A DNA stretch of 64,000 nt from Andalucia godoyi And28. Its lineage: Eukaryota > Protista > Jakobida. The stretch is taken from contig VRVR01000018.1 in the NCBI GenBank assembly GCA_009859145.1, forward strand, positions 129,688 through 193,687. Reading direction: 5' to 3'. The position numbers and the translations under genes were made by a program. This document shows positions 57,946-64,000 of the stretch, piece by piece (positions within the stretch are counted from its first letter, which is position 1; every line of letters begins with the position of its first letter). Below the pieces are notes generated by a model. The model did not search any database and had not been told where the DNA came from. It saw nothing but the letters and a program-made list of their open reading frames with translations.

Positions 57946-60003
57946 ATGGGAATCCCTTTCCTGTCTCGAGTTGTGCACACGAAACTTCTCAGCACCTTGC
58001 AGATACTGGGAACTGCATTCCAAGATGAGTGCTGTCGACAGAAGTCCCCGGAGTATTCGGTGGTTTTCCCGTTGCTAGCTGCAGAAGGAGACGATGCGCG
58101 ACCGATGCGTGATACGGTTGTCGTCGATGGAGGAATGTTCTGCAATGCTGTGTCGCAAGCGTGCTTGTTGTATCCAAATCAGTACCCGCAGATGAAGCTG
58201 GGAGGCAACCACAGGATTATCTGCAAGGTTGTGGACCGCTTTGTGCAGTATTTCCACGATCGGAAGTACAAGCTGATTTTCGTGTTTGATGAATTGCGGC
58301 CTTTAGAAAAGTTCAATACCAGACTGGAGCGGCGGTCGAATAGCTTGAAGGCGTCCTTGAGGTGTTTGAAGGACGATCCGCAGTCCACAACATGCCCGGA
58401 TTTGAGTAATTTCCGTCCCCTGTTGTTGCTCCCCTATGTGGTCAGCTCCTTTCTTGCGCAACGAGAGGGCGTGAGGATGTATGCAAATTCGTCAGGAGCG
58501 GATGCGGACGAGCTGACGGGGGCGTTTGGATCGCAACCATCGACCTATGCCCTGATCTCTGGAGACTCGGATATGGTGCTGTTGCAGAATGGATCTCTCG
58601 TTCTCGTCAAACCGTACTGTCAATTGTTCCGAGTCCTGGATGATGGCATCGAATGGTATTTCTCCTCTGAGAATTGCTCCTTTATTCCTTCCTCGTTGCA
58701 GTCATTCTCAGAATATCTGATTCGCTGCTTGATTCCGAATTCTCGCTTGAATGCGGAGCGCTATGACAGTTTCCGCCAGAAACTTTCGACCATTGCTCAG
58801 TTGCGTGGATTCGCATCTTGTCTGGGATGTCTTTTGGGAAATGATTACATAGATGCAGAGACGGCAAGGAGATGGAGTAAGGTGTTTTATCTGCGGAATG
58901 TGAAGGTGTTGGCCCACTACAACGTCGGTAGAATAGAATACTTTGTGGGCCCCGGCGTCCCTGATCCCAGCACTCGTTTTTCTGCCATCGGGAAAGTGCT
59001 GTGTGCTTGGTGGTCCACGTTAGAATATGAACAGACGTTGTGTGTTGGCTCCACATTCGTGGAATTCTTGGACACCAAGGCTGCAAAAATGGAAGAAACG
59101 GACAGAGGTGCCTTGAAGTTTTCGTTTGCATCCTATCAAGTGCGAGACGATGTATCATCCGTACAGTTTCTTTGTCGACCGCTGTTTCCTGATGTTTCCT
59201 TTGGGATGGACGGCGATGCATTTCAGATTTCGGCAACGCTGCCCTTGGCTCTAAACTCTCACGTGTTTTCATCCTTGCGATTGCACCGCTGGCACTGCTT
59301 GTGGCCCGTAGTCGCGCTCTGGCTCGGAATTCCTCCCGCACAGAAGGTGTCTGTGCGAGAATTTGTTACGGAATGGGACGCTTCTGCTTTATCGTTGGAT
59401 GGCAAGGACCGAGAAGAAAAGACTCTGAGGACCGTGTTCAGTGGGTGGCCCAGCAGGCTTGCTCCGGTTCCGATGGAATATCGCTTTCTTTCCATGTTCA
59501 TCTCTCCGAAGGCCCTACTGAGAGCGAAACCGGTTGTCATCGCATGCTGCGATTCGATCTCGTCTTCTCCTTGGGACATGATTGTTGTTGCGGCCGTTGT
59601 CCTTGCCAAATCTGTGGACATTTTTCGACAGGACCGGCTGGAAATCCTGTCTCCGCAGCACATGAATGACTTCCTGATGGACCTAGCAAGGGTGCTTTGT
59701 GCTAGCGAAGCTATTGACGCGACAAGCATGCCAACCGCGACGGTTTCGCCGTCTAGTATCCGTCAGTGCTACACGGTCTGCGGACTCTTGTATCATGTTG
59801 TTCTTGCTGCCTTGTCCATATGGAACGATGTCGACTGCGTTCACCTGTTTGTTCGAGGGTTGAACGCGGTGAACTTCTCCTGGTTTTCTGCTATGCCATC
59901 CAGCATCAGTTTATTGTGTGCGTTGTGCCCTCCTCCTTCTGAAGGCGTTCTGATGACGCGAGCTATTCTCAATGCAATCGACGACTCCCTGGACACCACC
60001 TAG
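57946..60003 (+). CDS. PIN/XPG-fold protein, asteroid/FAM120-like (685 aa)
   Basis: MGIPFL start, VVVDG, LIFVFDE...K..T...RR, ADADE, ALISGDSDM, LGCLLGNDY: the acidic residue pattern of the XPG/FEN1-like PIN fold. Confidence 0.78.
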   Translation: MGIPFLSRVVHTKLLSTLQILGTAFQDECCRQKSPEYSVVFPLLAAEGDDARPMRDTVVVDGGMFCNAVSQACLLYPNQYPQMKLGGNHRIICKVVDRFVQYFHDRKYKLIFVFDELRPLEKFNTRLERRSNSLKASLRCLKDDPQSTTCPDLSNFRPLLLLPYVVSSFLAQREGVRMYANSSGADADELTGAFGSQPSTYALISGDSDMVLLQNGSLVLVKPYCQLFRVLDDGIEWYFSSENCSFIPSSLQSFSEYLIRCLIPNSRLNAERYDSFRQKLSTIAQLRGFASCLGCLLGNDYIDAETARRWSKVFYLRNVKVLAHYNVGRIEYFVGPGVPDPSTRFSAIGKVLCAWWSTLEYEQTLCVGSTFVEFLDTKAAKMEETDRGALKFSFASYQVRDDVSSVQFLCRPLFPDVSFGMDGDAFQISATLPLALNSHVFSSLRLHRWHCLWPVVALWLGIPPAQKVSVREFVTEWDASALSLDGKDREEKTLRTVFSGWPSRLAPVPMEYRFLSMFISPKALLRAKPVVIACCDSISSSPWDMIVVAAVVLAKSVDIFRQDRLEILSPQHMNDFLMDLARVLCASEAIDATSMPTATVSPSSIRQCYTVCGLLYHVVLAALSIWNDVDCVHLFVRGLNAVNFSWFSAMPSSISLLCALCPPPSEGVLMTRAILNAIDDSLDTT

Positions 60004-60384
60004 CCGGACGTCGCCCCGCAGCCCTTCACCACCACAAAAACCCGCTGCTTTTGAAGCACGAAATAGATAGGTATAGTATATACTTATATTAATGATCTGC
60101 CGGACCTTTTCTGATGACCATTTTTTTGAATGGATCAAAACTGGAAAGAAAATCTCCATGCGCTGTTTGGGTTTGCTTTTTTGTTTTTGGTTCTGTTTTG
60201 CATTCTTTTCGGGAAATCAATCATTCAAGGTTTGTATCGCACAGCATACAACAACAACAACAACAACAAAGAAGAAGAGAACAAGTTTGTTATTTTTGGA
60301 TTGATTTTGTAAAGTAAGGGGTGGTTTTGCGTGCATCTGCGAGCACGAAAGGTGTTTGATCGATTCAGATATAGAGAATTTCGA

Positions 60385-63300
60385 ATGCTGTATACTTTGT
60401 TTTTGTTCATCTTCAAATGGTCCATTATTTCTTTTTTATTGTATATTGTTCTTTCGCGCTCGATTGCGTTTGGGATCACATATGTCTCACGAAAGTTTCT
60501 CAAGCTTCCCATTTCCGTCGAGTCGATTGGACTGTTCTTCATCAAGAACTTCTATTCCGAGTACTCTTTGGTCGATTCGAGAGGAGAGGATCGACTGTGG
60601 CAAATCTCAGTGCGAAACTTGTCGTTTCGCATCAACGTCTCCGAACTTCTTCTTGCGCTCACCGGGAAAACAGCGAGAGTGTTCAGAATACATGCGGATG
60701 GAATGTTCATCACTGTGACATACCGAGGAATAACGGAGAAGAAGGAGTTTCGAAGTTTCAGTGAGGCCGAGATTGATCTTGAGAATCTGTCGGTTCGAGA
60801 CATTCTGCAACGTCGGTGGATTGAATTTATGATTATTGTGTTGCAGACGGTTGGTATTTTTGTGCTTCGAAAGATGGAGATCAGATTGCGAAACTCGGGA
60901 TTTCAAGTGCAGAAGAATGATGTTGTAATCTCGTCGTTTGTGGACTCGTTCTCTACCTTGGTTCACAGTGACACACCAGAGGAAGAGATTCTTGGACTGT
61001 CTCTGGAAGGCTCTGATGTTTACGGATATGTCCGATCAAACCACACCATCACGGTGGCGGACGCATTTGCAGCATCCCCGGCCGGCTCATCCCGCTTTAA
61101 TTCGTGGATTCAAGCTCCAGCTTGGTTTGCTTCCACATTTGACCGTGCGCGGTATGCGGCACACATGCTTGCTCAAAGTCTTGGAAGAGAGCAAGTGGAA
61201 ATTGCGAGGCGAACTCGTCAGGAGCCAACTATTCACATCACTCCTTGCCGAGCAATTTTAACACTGTCCTCCGCGCCCTCGTCTTTCCTTCGTCCCGTGC
61301 AGTTTTCCATTTCAACTAGGGGGCTCAATTTCAATTTTGATGAAATGGCATTGGCCGAAGTGACGCAGTTCCTCCGTCATACTGTGCGGCGTCCCGCGTC
61401 AACACAGAGTTTCCGACGGTCTGGTGCGTCAGAAGCGTCCGATGAAAGCGACGCCGACAACGCTGCAACGGGGGAGTTCTCCGAATCAGGTATTCAGGAA
61501 TCTCTCCTGGAATGGATTCCCACACAAATGCTGTGGCAGGTTGAAGAAGTGGGGTTTCATCTTATTTCACGAGACCATCCTGGCAAGCACAGTCTCAAGT
61601 TTCAAACCTGCGTGTTTTCTTCGGAGCATCAGTTTGAGGATGCGACCTCTCCTACGAATTCTGCAATGTCTTCCGACTTTCGCGATTCTCGTATTCTGAG
61701 GCGGTTTTTGTTGCGGACGGAATGCTCAGAATTCTCGATTGGAACGACGAGTGCGTCCGATGGCGAGTCCGTTGCAAATGAGTCCCTTATCACCATATCG
61801 AATTTCAAATCTCGTGGAGGGCTGCGGCTCTCGTCTCGCGACGTTCAGCGATTTCCGAAGGGACGCGATCGGGACACATTCAGGCACATTCATGGCCGTG
61901 GCCGCAGCCACAGCCGAAAATCACGCTCAAAAGATCATCGAATGTTTTTTGTGGATGAAATTGATTCACAAACATCCCTCGGAGATATGAGCGGGCGCCT
62001 CACCAAGGAAACCCTCCAGTCCTTCCGTGAATTTGCACAGTTTGCAGAGTATGTTTTGAAGGTGTCTCGCGCATTCAATCTGCATCAAACGCCGCGCCAT
62101 TCAACTGTCGGATCGGATGTTGATGGCTTTTCCCAGTGTTCACCCAGTTCCCCGGTGCATCGACCAGGGTCTTTATTTCATATGAAACACCGACAGTCAA
62201 TCTCAGAAGATAACTCAGAGGGTGCTCCATTGCTCGGTCCGAGATCGTCCCTTTCGAGAGCACCAGCTACGCGACCACGGCTTCCTTTCAACGTGTCGTT
62301 TTCTCTGAATTCCGCCACGGTGATGATTTCACCAGCTTCTGAACGCGGGGTTGGCATTGTCAAGTTTGTTTCCATGGATTTTTCTGCTGTTGGCGATACA
62401 CCCGAAACTGATTCGAACGACCTGGTCGTGGTTGCCTCCGCCAGCCTCGCAAAATTTTCTGTGATTGTGAGGCCTGCGCAAATTGCGTCTCGTCTTAACT
62501 TACTGTTCAAGTCCGCGCTTCAGAATGTGAATCTGCCAGACAACACGTGTCTTGGCATTGACTCGCTGCGGCTGTCTCTCAATATCTCCAAAAACCGAGG
62601 TTCTTCGAAACCGTCCGTACAAAATTCATCGCGTACACCAGGGTTTCTTCGACCATCTCGTCAGCGGAGACGTGTCGTATCGGCCAAGGATTCTGAATCA
62701 TCGTTTCTCAACTCGGTTGACGATGAGGAAGCACGAATGGAAGAATTCGCAGTAGATGCGGCTCTGGACGAAGGTGATGATTACTTTGCAGAAGCCACGG
62801 TGATTGCCAAGACGTATTACGGTGCGCTTTCCACGGCCCACTTTCCTCAACTTGGGCTGATATACGAACATTTGGTTCTTCCGCTGCAAGAACCACTTCG
62901 CTTAATCAATAATTTGCGTGACTTGTCTTCCAGATCGGCTGTTGTCGTCCAAAAGACGAATTACAGCCATATTTTTGAGAAGTCTAAGCTCTCCGTTAAC
63001 ATTAGTAGAGCAGTTCTTTGTTTTTGTGACGATGTCCGCACGTCCTCTTCCATTGTAATGCTTGTCGATGATATAGCGTTTACAAAGGAAAATTCTTTTC
63101 TGAGTATCGATCTTGCAGCTCACCGTGGGATGCTTCGCTTCATTCCATCTTTCCGATTCGACGATATGCTGCCCACAATCAAGCCTGGTGTTTCTGATGC
63201 ACCATCAGCAGGGCCGTTTGTTCTTTTCGACCAAATCATGTTCGTTCGGCATTCAGATAAGTTAACTGTGAATGGATATGCCGTTCGCGGGAGACTCTCA

Positions 63301-64000
63301 ACTCCGGATGCGTTGCAGTGTGCGCGGACATTGCTTTCTGTGCGGCAAAGCTTCCTCGCTTCGATGGAGAAGGCTTTCGCGTCGGTTCGACAATCCGAAA
63401 GCAACGATTCGACTTCGTCCTCGTTCCAGCTGAGTCTGTCGTGCTCCGGCTGCGACGTGGATTTTGAACTTTATCCTCGTCTGGACTTTAGTCTTCGAAC
63501 GAAATATTTGTTTTTCCAAATCTCTGACCACTGCAATGTCATTGTAGTCGACGATATCTACGGAGATATCAACTCCCAGAATGTTCTTCGCGTGAAGCAT
63601 TATGATCGGAAAATTGTCGACAGCTCGCGTCACACTTTCAACTCGCCGCTTCTGAAGTCCTCGCGCCTTTTCCCTGCCTCTGTTCGCGATTTCTCCAATC
63701 AAGTGTCATATGGGTATGGCTGGTCGCCGGATGAATGGAATCTCAACCATGCTGAAGTCGGCTTAAAGAAAGGCAAGCAAGATGGCGCGTGGGTCGAGAA
63801 TTATGGGAGCCTTTCGAGAATTTGGCGAGATGAAGCAGTTCACTATGACCTTGGTGACGTTCATCAACGAGATGATTCAGACACGAAGCCCTCTGCATTT
63901 CTGAGGATGCACATCGACGCAGTTCCTTCCAGTGGAGAATTGCAGACCACAACTGCATTCATTGAGGATTACTTGTTCGGGATGCGACGAACCGGAAACA
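60385..64000 (+). CDS. Giant N-terminally membrane-anchored protein, probable bridge-like lipid transfer protein BLTP2 (SABRE/Hobbit/Fmp27) family; 3' truncated
   Basis: I read frame 1 stop-free from ATG 60385 to the window end (>1200 codons); it is absent from the ORF track. An N-terminal TM helix followed by VLSRSIAF...SRKFLKLPISVESIG...ISVRNLSFRIN resembles the SABRE N-terminus, then beta-rich repeats. Confidence 0.6.
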   Translation, partial: MLYTLFLFIFKWSIISFLLYIVLSRSIAFGITYVSRKFLKLPISVESIGLFFIKNFYSEYSLVDSRGEDRLWQISVRNLSFRINVSELLLALTGKTARVFRIHADGMFITVTYRGITEKKEFRSFSEAEIDLENLSVRDILQRRWIEFMIIVLQTVGIFVLRKMEIRLRNSGFQVQKNDVVISSFVDSFSTLVHSDTPEEEILGLSLEGSDVYGYVRSNHTITVADAFAASPAGSSRFNSWIQAPAWFASTFDRARYAAHMLAQSLGREQVEIARRTRQEPTIHITPCRAILTLSSAPSSFLRPVQFSISTRGLNFNFDEMALAEVTQFLRHTVRRPASTQSFRRSGASEASDESDADNAATGEFSESGIQESLLEWIPTQMLWQVEEVGFHLISRDHPGKHSLKFQTCVFSSEHQFEDATSPTNSAMSSDFRDSRILRRFLLRTECSEFSIGTTSASDGESVANESLITISNFKSRGGLRLSSRDVQRFPKGRDRDTFRHIHGRGRSHSRKSRSKDHRMFFVDEIDSQTSLGDMSGRLTKETLQSFREFAQFAEYVLKVSRAFNLHQTPRHSTVGSDVDGFSQCSPSSPVHRPGSLFHMKHRQSISEDNSEGAPLLGPRSSLSRAPATRPRLPFNVSFSLNSATVMISPASERGVGIVKFVSMDFSAVGDTPETDSNDLVVVASASLAKFSVIVRPAQIASRLNLLFKSALQNVNLPDNTCLGIDSLRLSLNISKNRGSSKPSVQNSSRTPGFLRPSRQRRRVVSAKDSESSFLNSVDDEEARMEEFAVDAALDEGDDYFAEATVIAKTYYGALSTAHFPQLGLIYEHLVLPLQEPLRLINNLRDLSSRSAVVVQKTNYSHIFEKSKLSVNISRAVLCFCDDVRTSSSIVMLVDDIAFTKENSFLSIDLAAHRGMLRFIPSFRFDDMLPTIKPGVSDAPSAGPFVLFDQIMFVRHSDKLTVNGYAVRGRLSTPDALQCARTLLSVRQSFLASMEKAFASVRQSESNDSTSSSFQLSLSCSGCDVDFELYPRLDFSLRTKYLFFQISDHCNVIVVDDIYGDINSQNVLRVKHYDRKIVDSSRHTFNSPLLKSSRLFPASVRDFSNQVSYGYGWSPDEWNLNHAEVGLKKGKQDGAWVENYGSLSRIWRDEAVHYDLGDVHQRDDSDTKPSAFLRMHIDAVPSSGELQTTTAFIEDYLFGMRRTGN

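Noticed and set aside
60356-63958. Series of short ORFs suggesting a pseudogene or stop-codon reassignment
   Set aside because: A single uninterrupted frame-1 ORF explains the region under the standard code.
1-64000. tRNA, rRNA, CRISPR array or autonomous transposon
   Set aside because: The GGTTCGA-like words I found lie inside CDSs without cloverleaf context. No repeat-spacer arrays or RT/transposase motifs were seen.

Overview
64 kb of a compact, intron-poor nuclear genome from a flagellated protist. The flagellate call rests on SF-assemblin-like and TPGS1 genes and aerobic-type mitochondrial genes (TIM10, mitochondrial TyrRS). A jakobid such as Andalucia is only my guess from gene density and intron rarity. 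There are about 32 protein-coding genes in the standard code. Most are housekeeping: GMPPB (partial), CIB, RPL12, TPGS1, TMEM69, MCRS1, YARS2, GCN1, TTC27, USP22, TIM10, MSS4/RABIF, TBCE, TSR2, a deoxynucleoside kinase, MAD2, CTR9, a DHHC palmitoyltransferase, a PIN/asteroid-like protein, and a BLTP2/SABRE-like giant gene running off the right edge. Several genes are bacterial-type: a SyrP/TauD dioxygenase, a GabT-type aminotransferase and an uncharacterised membrane protein. I could support only two spliceosomal introns (174 and 178 nt). The most striking unexplained signal is a non-coding dispersed element of about 370 bp present three times (3395-3762 minus, 25480-25847 plus, 55770-56052 plus, truncated). 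It has conserved internal stems, a variable loop, and no TIR, TSD or ORF. Other highlights are a telo-box cluster and a shared RRPE-like motif in translation-gene promoters, a CHR/MSA/E2F-like cluster between MAD2 and the kinase, microsatellites abutting many start codons, a stand-alone Psf1 B-domain-like ORF, and a CTR9 with a DEK-C-like tail. No tRNA, rRNA, CRISPR or autonomous transposon was recognised. All family assignments come from remembered motifs, not database searches.
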